NCBI GenBank assembly: GCA_937871635.1
Contig: CALMNS010000008.1
Span: forward strand, 1-41,962
Direction: 5' to 3'
Source: an uncultured Solirubrobacter sp.
GTDB lineage: Bacteria > Actinomycetota > Thermoleophilia > Solirubrobacterales > Solirubrobacteraceae
Length of the DNA stretch: 41,962 bases
This document shows, one piece after another, positions 25,627 through 33,699 of this stretch. The notes beneath the pieces are model-generated. The model did no database searches. It worked only from the letters and a program-made list of their open reading frames with translations, and was not told the origin of the DNA. How positions within the stretch are numbered: position 1 is the first letter of the stretch; each line of letters starts with the position of its first letter. Both the position numbers and the translations under genes were made by a program.

Positions 25627-26213
25627 GAGCCGGAGATGTCGACGCGGTACTCGGCGGAGCGCTCGGCGCCGTGGCGGAGTTGGGCCATCCGTTCGTCCGG
25701 AGTGAGCGCGGGGGCGGGCGAGGTCCGGCCGGGGACGGGGCTTCCGACCTCGGCGAAGAACTCCTCGAGGCCCGCCGGGGCGACGATGGTCAGCAGCCGC
25801 ACCGGGGCGTCGGTGGCGTTGCGGAAGGCGTGGAGGACGTTGGCCGGGACGTTGGCGATCTCGCCCGCGCCCACCGTCGAGGGCTCGCCACGCACGGTCA
25901 CTTCCAGCTGCCCTTCGAGGACGTGGAAGGCCTCTTCGAAGTCGTGGCGGTGCGCCGGCGGTCCCGCTCCAGCCGGGATGAGCATGTCGATGACCGCAAA
26001 GCGCCCGGCGGTGTCCTTGCCGGAGAGGAGGATGGTGTAGGTGTCGCCGACCATGGCGATGCTGCGCAGCGCGGGGTCGTCCGGTGCGGCCAGGGTGAGC
26101 TGGCGCGCGCCGTCGTCGGGCGGGATGGTGCCCGGGGTCGGTGCGAGGGTGGTCATCGTGCTGCTCCTTGACGAGTCGTGAGGGTGGTTCGGTGCGGAGG
26201 TCGAGGTGCTCAT
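25623..26213 (-). CDS. cupin-domain protein
   Basis: PPAHRHDFEEAFHVLEGQLEV and GAGEIANVPANVLHAFRN are the two cupin motifs. ATG 26213 overlaps the upstream stop (ATGA). An alternative start is ATG 26156. Confidence 0.75.
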   Translation of the reverse strand: MSTSTSAPNHPHDSSRSSTMTTLAPTPGTIPPDDGARQLTLAAPDDPALRSIAMVGDTYTILLSGKDTAGRFAVIDMLIPAGAGPPAHRHDFEEAFHVLEGQLEVTVRGEPSTVGAGEIANVPANVLHAFRNATDAPVRLLTIVAPAGLEEFFAEVGSPVPGRTSPAPALTPDERMAQLRHGAERSAEYRVDISGS

Positions 26214-26965
26214 GTGAAGAACTTCCCGCCGTCGACGTTGAGGGTCTGGCCCGTGACGAAGTCCGCGTCGGGCGACGCCAGGAAGAGGACGGGACCCACG
26301 AGGTCCTCGGGCTCCTGGTCGCGCTGCAGCGCTCGGCCGAGCCGCTGCGCCTCAAGGATCTCCTGGGGGAAGGAGTCGCGCACCGCCTTGGTGACGGTCA
26401 GGCCGGGGGTGACGAGGTTGACCGTGATGCCGTACCTGCCGAGCTCGCGCGCGGCGGTGCGCGTGAAGCCGACCAGTCCGGCCTTGGCCGAGACGTAGTG
26501 CGCCTGCCCGCGAGTCCCGTCGTAGACGGATCCCGACCCGAAGTTGACCACCCGCCCCCAGCCCTGGTCCCGCATCAGCGGAAGCACGGCCTGGGTCATC
26601 AGGAACGGGCCGGTCAGGTTGACGTCGAGGATCCGTCGCCAGCCGTCGGCGGTCATCTCCTCGAACGGGGTGAAGGGGAAGTAGCCCGCGCAGTTGACGA
26701 GCACGTCCACGCGGCCGAAGCGTTCGCGAGCGATCGTGGCGACGGATCGGCAGTCCTCCTCCGAGGCCACGTCCGCGGCGGCGGTGACGAGCTCGGCGTC
26801 GTCCGGGTAGCCCGAGCGCCACTGGGCGAGGGCCTCGGGGAGGGCGTCGCTCGCCACCACGCGGTCGCCGTTGGCCAGGAAGCGATCGACCAGGCGGGAG
26901 CCGATGCCGCCGGCGGCCCCGGTGATGACCACGATCCGGCCGGTGGTGTTCGCCGGGCCGGTCAT
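26210..26965 (-). CDS. SDR-family oxidoreductase
   Basis: IVVITGAAGGIGSRL, NCAGY, HYVSAKAGLVGF, FLASPDADFVTGQTLNVDGG. Confidence 0.9.
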   Translation of the reverse strand: MTGPANTTGRIVVITGAAGGIGSRLVDRFLANGDRVVASDALPEALAQWRSGYPDDAELVTAAADVASEEDCRSVATIARERFGRVDVLVNCAGYFPFTPFEEMTADGWRRILDVNLTGPFLMTQAVLPLMRDQGWGRVVNFGSGSVYDGTRGQAHYVSAKAGLVGFTRTAARELGRYGITVNLVTPGLTVTKAVRDSFPQEILEAQRLGRALQRDQEPEDLVGPVLFLASPDADFVTGQTLNVDGGKFFT

Positions 26966-28026
26966 GCGGCCACGAGGGTCGGGTAGTCCGTGTAGCCCTG
27001 CTCGGTCCCGCCGTAGAACGTCGCGGGGTCCGGCTCGTTGAGCGCGGCCCCCGTCCTGAGGCGCTCGACGAGGTCGGGGTTGGCCAGCGCGAGCGCGGCG
27101 ACCGAGGCGATGTCGGCGAGCCCACGCTCCACGTCGCCGGCGATCTCCTCGCGCGGCCGCCCTGCCCGGTTGACGATCAGACTCGTGGGCCAGAGCTCAC
27201 GCAGGGAGCGCAGCAGCTCCGTGTCTCCGATGTGGACCACGTGGAGGTAGGCGAGCTCGAGCTGGGCCAGCTCGCCGACCAGGTACTGGTACGTGGCGTG
27301 GATGTCGTCCTCGGCGACGTCGTTGAACGGGTTGCCAGGCGAGATGCGCAGGCCGGTACGGTCGGCGCCGATCTCGGCGGCGACGGCGGCAGCGACCTCG
27401 ATGGCGAAGCGGGCGCGGTTCTCGACGGAGCCGCCGTAGCGGTCGGTGCGCCGGTTGGTGTTCCCGGCGAGGAACTGGTGGGCGAGGTAGCCGTTGGCGG
27501 CGTGGATCTCGACGCCGTCGGCGCCCGCCGCGATGGCCATGACCGCCGCGAGGCGGAAGTCCTCGATGGTCTGGGCGATCTCGTCGAGCTCGAGCGCCCG
27601 GGGCTCTGGCATCTCCTGCGGACCGGTGGCGGTGAACATGATGCCCGCGGGGCGGACGGCGGAGGGAGCCACCGGCGGGCGACCGTGTGGCGTGTTGTCC
27701 GGGTGGGAGATGCGCCCGACGTGCATGAGCTGGATGAACAGGTGACCGGCGGCGGCGTGGACCGCGTCGGCGACGAGCTGCCAGCCGGCGACCTGGGCCT
27801 GGTCGTGGATGCCCGGGGTCAGCGGGTAGCCCTGTCCGTCGGGTGAGGGTTGGGCGCCCTCGGAGATGAGCAGCCCGAGCGAGGCGCGCTGGGCGTAGTA
27901 CTCGGCGTTGTGCTCGGTCGGCACCCCGCCGGCCCCGGAGCGGCTGCGGGTCATGGGCGCCATGGCCAGGCGGTGGGTGAGGTCCAGGCGTCCTACACGG
28001 GTCGGGGCAAACAGCGTGTCCGTCAT
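26962..28026 (-). CDS. Old Yellow Enzyme-family NADH:flavin oxidoreductase (alkene reductase)
   Basis: From ATG 28026: MTDTLFAPTRVGRLDLTHRLAMAPMTRSR...AEYYAQRAS.GLLISEG...GVEIHAANGYLAHQFL..NTNRRTDRYGGSVENRARF. Confidence 0.9.
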   Translation of the reverse strand: MTDTLFAPTRVGRLDLTHRLAMAPMTRSRSGAGGVPTEHNAEYYAQRASLGLLISEGAQPSPDGQGYPLTPGIHDQAQVAGWQLVADAVHAAAGHLFIQLMHVGRISHPDNTPHGRPPVAPSAVRPAGIMFTATGPQEMPEPRALELDEIAQTIEDFRLAAVMAIAAGADGVEIHAANGYLAHQFLAGNTNRRTDRYGGSVENRARFAIEVAAAVAAEIGADRTGLRISPGNPFNDVAEDDIHATYQYLVGELAQLELAYLHVVHIGDTELLRSLRELWPTSLIVNRAGRPREEIAGDVERGLADIASVAALALANPDLVERLRTGAALNEPDPATFYGGTEQGYTDYPTLVAA

Positions 28027-28039
28027 GATCTCCCTCGGT

Positions 28040-28088
28040 TCTGTGGCCGGCAACATATACGCCACCATAGCAGTCTGTGGCTGGCCAC
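28040..28088. promoter_or_regulatory. paired 12-mers GTGGCCGGCAAC / GTGGCTGGCCAC (candidate MarR operators)
   Basis: TCTGTGGC is repeated 34 bp apart. The second copy is a dyad, GTGGC-TG-GCCAC. They lie in the 166-bp OYE/MarR divergent intergenic region. Confidence 0.3.
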
Positions 28089-28192
28089 CTATCGAGTGGT
28101 GAACCGTTGGCGGAGGCAGAGCGGCTGGACGATCGCGGTCTGGAGCACCACCGTCGGGGTTGATCGATGCGCTCACCACCTAGCCTTCGCTT

Positions 28193-28687
28193 GTGCTCGA
28201 TCCGGCGGATACCACTGTGCGCGGGCCCACTGAGCTCGGCCTGGCCACCGTCGGGCCGGTCTCCTTCGCCGTCTTCGCCCTGGCCCGCACCCACCGGGGG
28301 TTCGCCGCCGAGTTGCTCCGGGGCCTCGGCCTGTACCCAGGGCAGGAGCTGCTGCTCATGCAGCTCCTCGACCGCGACCATCAGACTCAATCCGAGCTCC
28401 TCGAAGCGGTTGGTCTCGACCACTCCACCGTGTCTCGCTCGCTACGACGGATGCAGGAGGCCGGGCTCCTGCATCGCGAGCCGACCGAGTCCGACCGACG
28501 GATCCTGCGCGTGTCGCTGACCGACCGGGGACGCGCGCTTCGCGGACCGCTCGAGGAGATGTGGGCCACGCTCGAACGTGTCACCGTCTCGGACCTCGAG
28601 GGGGATCTGGCGCAACGCTTCCTGGACGCTGCCGACCGCATTCAGCGAGCCGTCGAGAGCCGCTCCGACCAGCCGGGTGCGACGTGA
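28193..28687 (+). CDS. MarR-family transcriptional regulator
   Basis: LGLYPGQELLLMQLLDRDHQTQSELLEAVGLDHSTVSRSLRRMQEAGLLHREPTESDRRILRVSLTDRG is a MarR winged helix. Confidence 0.85.
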   Translation: MLDPADTTVRGPTELGLATVGPVSFAVFALARTHRGFAAELLRGLGLYPGQELLLMQLLDRDHQTQSELLEAVGLDHSTVSRSLRRMQEAGLLHREPTESDRRILRVSLTDRGRALRGPLEEMWATLERVTVSDLEGDLAQRFLDAADRIQRAVESRSDQPGAT

Positions 28688-28712
28688 CGTCGTCGCGTCC
28701 CTCGTCTGCTCT

Positions 28713-28836
28713 ACGGCGCCGCGCAACTCGTGCGGCGAGTCTCGGATGAGTCGGTCGAGGGGGTGCTCGTTGGCCGGGTCCACCAAGCGGTCGAACGCGA
28801 CCCGGAAGCTGGTCATCCCCGTCTCGGCCGCAAGGA
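28713..28836 (-). pseudogene. TetR-family 3' fragment (paralog of 40331..40936)
   Basis: 124 bp align without gaps to 40359..40482 with 8 mismatches (by eye). They encode AAETGMTSFRVAFDRLVDPANEHPLDRLIRDSPHELRGAV. There is no HTH region and no start. Confidence 0.7.
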
Positions 28837-28920
28837 CCAGGCCTGGGCCGCGACGAGGTCGCCCTGGCCCCGTTCGTGGACCGCATCGCACTCGGCCGCC
28901 CGGCGGAGCCGGAGGCCATC
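28837..28920 (+). pseudogene. internal SDR fragment (paralog of 23486..24259)
   Basis: 84 bp align to 24067..24151 with 5 mismatches and one 1-bp gap (by eye). They encode QGLGRDEVALAPFVDRIALGRPAEPEAI. The fragment is joined directly to the TetR fragment. Confidence 0.65.
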
Positions 28921-28963
28921 CTCCACCGGTCAACCGCAGCTCCGCTGCGCCGTCACTGCCTCG

Positions 28964-29983
28964 TCATGCGCGGGCCGCTGCCTGCCTGCGGGCGACCGTG
29001 CCGACACCGACCGCGAAGATCAGCAACGTGCCCTGGAAGAGGTACTGGTAGTACGTGTCGAGACCGAGGATCGCCATGGCGTTGAACCCGACCGCGACGG
29101 TCACCACTCCGATGAGCGTGCCGACGATGTGGAACTGGCCGTCGCGGAGCACCGCTGACCCGAAGAACGTGGCGGCGAAGGCACTCAGCAGATAGCTGTC
29201 GCCACCGTCCACCGCGCCGCTTCCGGTCCGTGAGGCGAGCAGCACGCCCGTCAGCCCGGCGCAGGACGCCGCGATCATGAAGGTCAGGACGCGGACGCGA
29301 TCGACGCGGATGCCCGACAGGCGTGCGGCCTCGGCGTTGCCGCCGACCGCCTGCACGGACTGCCCGAACGACGTCCGGTTGAGCACCACCCAGAGCAACG
29401 CCGCGAGGATCAGCATCACGTACACGGGATACGGGATCCCGAAGAGGCTGTTGAACGTCAGCTTGATGAAGCCCTCCGGGTCGTCGATCTGAACCGGGAG
29501 GCCACCGGTGTAGGCGTAGTTGACGCCGAGCACGATGGTGCCGACGCCGAGCGTGGCAATCAGCGCGTTGACCCCGATGCGGGTGACGATGAGGCCGGTG
29601 ATCAAGCCGACGAGGCCGGTCACCACCAGGACGGTTCCGATGGCTGCCGGAATGGGGAAGCCGGACTTCTGGATCAGTCCGGCCGCCAGGACGCCGCCGA
29701 AGCTCGCCTGATACCCGACGCTCAGGTCGAACTCCCCCGCAACCAGCGGGAACGTAAGACCCATCGCGACGATCGCCACCAGCGCGCTCTGGTTGAGGAT
29801 GTTGATGGCGTTGTCCTTCGTCGCGAAGGTGCTCGGCTCGAGGACCGTGAAGACGACGATGATGCTCAGCAGCACCAGGATGGCGCCGTAACGGCCGACG
29901 ACTCGCCACCAGTTGAGGTCCCGACCGGATGCTTCGACGTGGCCGGGCCCCGCGATCTGCGGCGGGGTGGTGACTTCGCTCAT
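28964..29983 (-). CDS. sugar ABC transporter permease (RbsC/BPD_transp_2-like)
   Basis: NILNQSALVAIVAMGLTFPLVAGEFDLSVG...GGNAEAARLSGIRVDRVRVLTFMIAASCAGLTGVLLASR. ATG 29983 overlaps the ATPase stop (ATGA). Confidence 0.9.
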   Translation of the reverse strand: MSEVTTPPQIAGPGHVEASGRDLNWWRVVGRYGAILVLLSIIVVFTVLEPSTFATKDNAINILNQSALVAIVAMGLTFPLVAGEFDLSVGYQASFGGVLAAGLIQKSGFPIPAAIGTVLVVTGLVGLITGLIVTRIGVNALIATLGVGTIVLGVNYAYTGGLPVQIDDPEGFIKLTFNSLFGIPYPVYVMLILAALLWVVLNRTSFGQSVQAVGGNAEAARLSGIRVDRVRVLTFMIAASCAGLTGVLLASRTGSGAVDGGDSYLLSAFAATFFGSAVLRDGQFHIVGTLIGVVTVAVGFNAMAILGLDTYYQYLFQGTLLIFAVGVGTVARRQAAARA

Positions 29984-31545
29984 GATCCGGCAGCTCCAGT
30001 TCCGTAGCACAGCGAGGTCAGCGTGTCCTTGGTGGCGTGCGGTCCATCGACCACCGTCTCGATCCGGCCTTCGCGCATAACGGCGACCCGATCGCAGATG
30101 GCGAACTCCTCGAAGTCGCTCGAGATCATCACGACCGACGTGCCGGCGTCCGCTCGAGCTCGGATGATCTCGTAGAGCTCAGCGCGGGCGCCGACGTCGA
30201 CGCCGACGGTCGGCTCGTCGAGGATGAGCAGACGCGGCTGGCAGCGGAGGTACTTGCTCACCACCACCTTCTGCTGATTGCCGCCGCTGAGGCTCTCCAC
30301 GTCGGCCTCCACCGAGTGGGCCTTGATGGCGAAGCGCTCGACCATCTCGCGCGCGACGGCGCGGGCCTTGCCGGCGCTGAGGAAGGGCAGACCGCGACGC
30401 CACCGGTTCTGGCCGCTGGAGGCCAGGCTCACGTTGAAGGCGAGGCTCTCCTTCAAGAGAAGGCCCTGCGAGCGCCGCTCCTCGGGCACGAGCGCGACGC
30501 CGCGCGCGATGGCCTCGTGCGGTCCCTTCGGTTCGAACCGGCGGCCGTCGAGCGTCATGGTGCCGGAAGCCGCACGTTCGGCGCCGAAGACAAGGCGGGC
30601 GAGCTCGGTGCGTCCGGCGCCGACGAGTCCCGCGATCCCGAGGATCTCGCCGCGCCGGACGTCGAGCGTGACGCCCCGTACGCTCGGCTCGCGCACCAGC
30701 CCCTCGATGCGCATCAGCGCGTCCCTGACGGTGTCGGGCGAGCCCTCGTGGCGTTCGATCTCGGCGACCTCCCGCCCGACGATCGAGCGGGTCAGCGTCT
30801 GACGGTCGACGTCGGATGCCCGGTGCCTGTCGGCGAGCTGGCCGTTGCGAAGCACCGTGATGTCCTGGGACAGATCGAGGACCTCGTCGAGCCGGTGCGA
30901 GATGTACAGCACCGCCACCCCTCGAGCGGCGAGGTCGCGCACGATGGCGAACAGCCGCTCCGCCTCGTCGGCCGCGAAGGACGCCGTCGGCTCGTCCATG
31001 GCGACCATCCGCGCATCCCGCATGAGCGAACGGCCGAGCGAGACGGTCCAGCGCTGGCTGACGCTCAGATCGGCCACCTCGCGGTCGAGGGGGAAGTCCG
31101 CTCCGAGCTGCGCGAGCACGTCACCCGCTCGGGCGGCGACCGGGCGCCAGTCGACCAGCCCAAGGCGACGGGACCCCTCGTAGTTCAAGGCCATGTTCTG
31201 CAGCACGGTGAACTTCGGCACCAGGTTGAGCTCCTGGTGGATGAAGCTGAGTCCGAGCTTGGTGGCGTCCTGCGGGGCGGAGATCGACACGCGACGCCCG
31301 CCGAGGCTCACTTCGCCCTCGTCCGCGGTCTCCACTCCGGCCAGGATCCGCACGAGCGTCGACTTGCCCGCGCCGTTCGCCCCGACCAGGGCGTGCACCT
31401 GCCCGGCGTGGATCTCGAGCGAGACCCCGTCGAGCGCCTGGATGCCGCCGTAGTGCTTGGACAGTCCACGCACCGAGAGCAGGGCGCCGGGTGGGCGGCC
31501 ACCGAAGTGGCCGCCCCCTTCCTCCGTCCGCACGGGCGGCGTCAT
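29980..31545 (-). CDS. sugar ABC transporter ATP-binding protein (duplicated ATPase, RbsA-like)
   Basis: GANGAGKSTL (Walker A), LSVSQRWTVSLGR, VAMDEPTASF. The second half has LSGGNQQKVVVSKYL and LILDEPTVGVD. Start trimmed to ATG 31545. Confidence 0.9.
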   Translation of the reverse strand: MTPPVRTEEGGGHFGGRPPGALLSVRGLSKHYGGIQALDGVSLEIHAGQVHALVGANGAGKSTLVRILAGVETADEGEVSLGGRRVSISAPQDATKLGLSFIHQELNLVPKFTVLQNMALNYEGSRRLGLVDWRPVAARAGDVLAQLGADFPLDREVADLSVSQRWTVSLGRSLMRDARMVAMDEPTASFAADEAERLFAIVRDLAARGVAVLYISHRLDEVLDLSQDITVLRNGQLADRHRASDVDRQTLTRSIVGREVAEIERHEGSPDTVRDALMRIEGLVREPSVRGVTLDVRRGEILGIAGLVGAGRTELARLVFGAERAASGTMTLDGRRFEPKGPHEAIARGVALVPEERRSQGLLLKESLAFNVSLASSGQNRWRRGLPFLSAGKARAVAREMVERFAIKAHSVEADVESLSGGNQQKVVVSKYLRCQPRLLILDEPTVGVDVGARAELYEIIRARADAGTSVVMISSDFEEFAICDRVAVMREGRIETVVDGPHATKDTLTSLCYGTGAAGS

Positions 31546-31576
31546 CGTGGCGGATCGCGGCACGCGGGTGGCCGCC

Positions 31577-32578
31577 CTACTGCCCTGCCGGCGCGGTGGC
31601 GATCGGGTACTTCTCGAGGAACGCGTCGAGCGAGCTCCGGTCGACGAGCACCGACGGAGCCACCTTCTCCAGCGGCTTGCCGTTGACTCCCGCCGCGACG
31701 ATCTTCGGGACGCTGTTGCCGATGTCGGTGCCGGCGCCATACGCGTTGATCCACGCGGTGGCGGTCAGCGTCCCGTCCCGGATGGCGTCAAACGCCGGGG
31801 GCAGGCCGTCGATGGCGTAGACCTTCACGTCGCTGCGCTCAGCGTCCTTGAGCGCGGAGATCGCACCGACTGCCGGCTCGTCGAAGCAGGCCCAGACGGT
31901 CGCCTTGCCCGCGTTCTTCGGGTTGGAAGCCAGCCACGCCTGTGCGAACTTGGTGCCGCCTTCGACCTGTCCGGGGATCGGGACCTCCTGGCGGTCGAGG
32001 TCGTAGCTGGCTGACTTGATCGAGTCGGTCAGTGCCTTCTCGCGCTGCTGGCAGGGCAAGCCCAGCTTGTAGCCGAGGGCGAGCAGGGCGCCGTCGCCGC
32101 CGGTGTCCTTGATCATCCGCTCGGCGATCCTCTTGCCGGACTCCGTCCCAACGTCCCAGGACGCCTGGACTCCGTTGCCCGTGCCTCCGCCGAGCGACGC
32201 GATCGGGATCCCCGCCGCCTTCGCGGCCAGGGCGCCGCCCGAGACGCTGTCGGGCGGGAACACCGTCGTGACGATCACGTCGACCTTCCGCTGGACGAGG
32301 GTCTGGATCGCGCCGACGGCCTTGTCCGGGGCGCCTCCGGCGTCGATGACGCTCGTCTCCCACCCGTTCTTCTTGGCGACGGCCTGCACGCCCTGGATGC
32401 CCTGGTTGCTGGTGGCGTTCGCGGACGAGAACGGCACCAGTCCGATTGTGTACTTCTTGCCGCCGTTCGACGCCGATGACCCCGCCGAACCGCCGCTGTC
32501 GTCCTCGCCGCAGCCGGCACCGACCAGCGCGAGCGACGTCAGTAGAGCCAGCGGGACCCTCCGCTTCCTGACCTCCAT
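31577..32578 (-). CDS. sugar ABC substrate-binding lipoprotein (Peripla_BP_4-like)
   Basis: From ATG 32578: MEVRKRRVPLALLTSLALVGAGCGEDDSGGS is a signal peptide with a lipobox-like GAGC. Then KKYTIGLVPFSSANATSNQG... A GAAGGAGGA Shine-Dalgarno lies upstream. Confidence 0.85.
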   Translation of the reverse strand: MEVRKRRVPLALLTSLALVGAGCGEDDSGGSAGSSASNGGKKYTIGLVPFSSANATSNQGIQGVQAVAKKNGWETSVIDAGGAPDKAVGAIQTLVQRKVDVIVTTVFPPDSVSGGALAAKAAGIPIASLGGGTGNGVQASWDVGTESGKRIAERMIKDTGGDGALLALGYKLGLPCQQREKALTDSIKSASYDLDRQEVPIPGQVEGGTKFAQAWLASNPKNAGKATVWACFDEPAVGAISALKDAERSDVKVYAIDGLPPAFDAIRDGTLTATAWINAYGAGTDIGNSVPKIVAAGVNGKPLEKVAPSVLVDRSSLDAFLEKYPIATAPAGQ

Positions 32579-32644
32579 CGACTTCCTCCTTCTGCAGTCG
32601 AGCAACGTCCGCCGGGAGGCGACCGTCTTTGCATCATCCGCGAC

Positions 32645-32673
32645 GATCTAACATGAAGTCGAGGTCAATGTCA
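32645..32673 (-). promoter_or_regulatory. candidate promoter of the ABC operon
   Basis: The minus strand reads TTGACA, 17 nt, TTAGAT, about 65 nt upstream of the SBP ATG. The -10 element is poor. Confidence 0.3.
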
Positions 32674-32716
32674 AGTCTGGAAGCGCCGCCCATTGCGGGG
32701 TGGAGCCCGCGGGTGC

Positions 32717-33602
32717 CTACAGTCCGGCGTCAACCGCGACCTTCGCGGCCTGCCGGAGGAGGTCCGCGGCGAGCGCTTCGGAGGGAGCGCCGCGCTCGGC
32801 GGCGTTGCGGACGTCGACTCGGGCTCGGTGGCGGCCATCAGGCTTCCGAGGTCGGCCACCGGGTCGCCGATCGTGCACAGCTCCCAGTCGAGCACCGTCC
32901 GGATGCGTTCGCCATCCGGGGCGGCGATGACGTTGCCCAAGTGGAAGTCGCCATGGACAAGCGTCGCCTCCTGCTGGTCGGGCAGGCCCGCCTCGAGTCG
33001 TTCGGCGAGCTCCGACAGGGGCGGACGCAGCTCGGTCGACGACTCGTCCGCCTGGCGGCGCCACCGCCTGAGCTGCCGCGCGGCGTACGGCTCATGGGAC
33101 GCCAATCCCTCCAGACCCGTCGCCCGCAGATCCACGTCGTGCACCTTCGCCAGCGTCATGGCCATGGCGTGGCCGAGCCTCCGCCGGACCGCCGGCGTCA
33201 GGCGCTCGGCGGCCGGGAGATCCGCGACGACGAGCCCTTCGACGTGACCCATCGCCATCAGGGAACGTCGCTGATCGACCGGTCCTCGGTGTACGCGACG
33301 ATCCGCGGAGTCGGTACCCGAGTCGGCTGCAGTGCCCGCAGCACCCGATGCTCTCGAGCGACATCGTGCGCAGACGCCGGCAACGGTCCCAGCGGAGCCC
33401 GGCGGAGCACGACGCGGCGCCCGCTCGCGTCGCTCACCTCGTACATCAGGTTCGACTGGCCGTGGCCGATCCGCCGGAAGGTCAGCGGACGGACGAGCCC
33501 GCCCTCCGCCGCCAGCCAGCCCGACACCGCCTCGCGGGCCAGGCCGGGGGGACCGTCGCTTGAACGGACACCGACGGCATCCGATGCTGACATCGGGCTC
33601 AT
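32717..33602 (-). pseudogene. APH-family phosphotransferase with frameshift and internal deletion
   Basis: The N-part ...RRIGHGQSNLMYEVSD...RVLRAL...SISDVP* (ORF 33258..33602) continues in another frame as LMAMGHVEGLVV...TLVHGDFHLGNVI...VLDWELCTIGDPVADLGSLMA (ORF 32671..33258). A plausible C-terminus, ARVDVRNAAERGAPSEALAADLLRQAAKVAVDAGL*, sits in a third frame ending at 32717. Confidence 0.65.
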
Positions 33603-33676
33603 GTTAGTCCTGGCACTGGGAGGAACGCCGCTGGCGAGCGCTGCGGGCTACGCCTCGATGCGCAAGGCGTTGAGCT

Positions 33677-33692
33677 AGCCGAGCCAGCTCGG
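33677..33692 (-). terminator. GC-rich hairpin after the SCP2-hydrolase gene
   Basis: Minus-strand RNA GCCGAG-CUGG-CUCGGC (6-bp stem, tetraloop) starts 8 nt past the stop. No U-tract. Confidence 0.3.
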
Positions 33693-33699
33693 CCCAGCG

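Noticed and set aside
28442-28933. The 163-aa minus-strand ORF as a real (short) TetR-like gene.
   Set aside because: Only about 40 residues resemble a TetR C-terminus. It has no HTH domain. Its N-terminal part is antisense of an SDR fragment and its C-terminal part is antisense of the MarR gene.
28690-28963. A mobile element (IS or MITE) as the cause of the chimeric scar.
   Set aside because: I could find no terminal inverted repeats, direct target duplications or transposase-like ORF in or next to the interval.
33250-33265. The frame break in the APH-like gene as a programmed ribosomal frameshift.
   Set aside because: There is no slippery heptamer or downstream structure. A second break and a large internal loss also exist further on, which fits decay.
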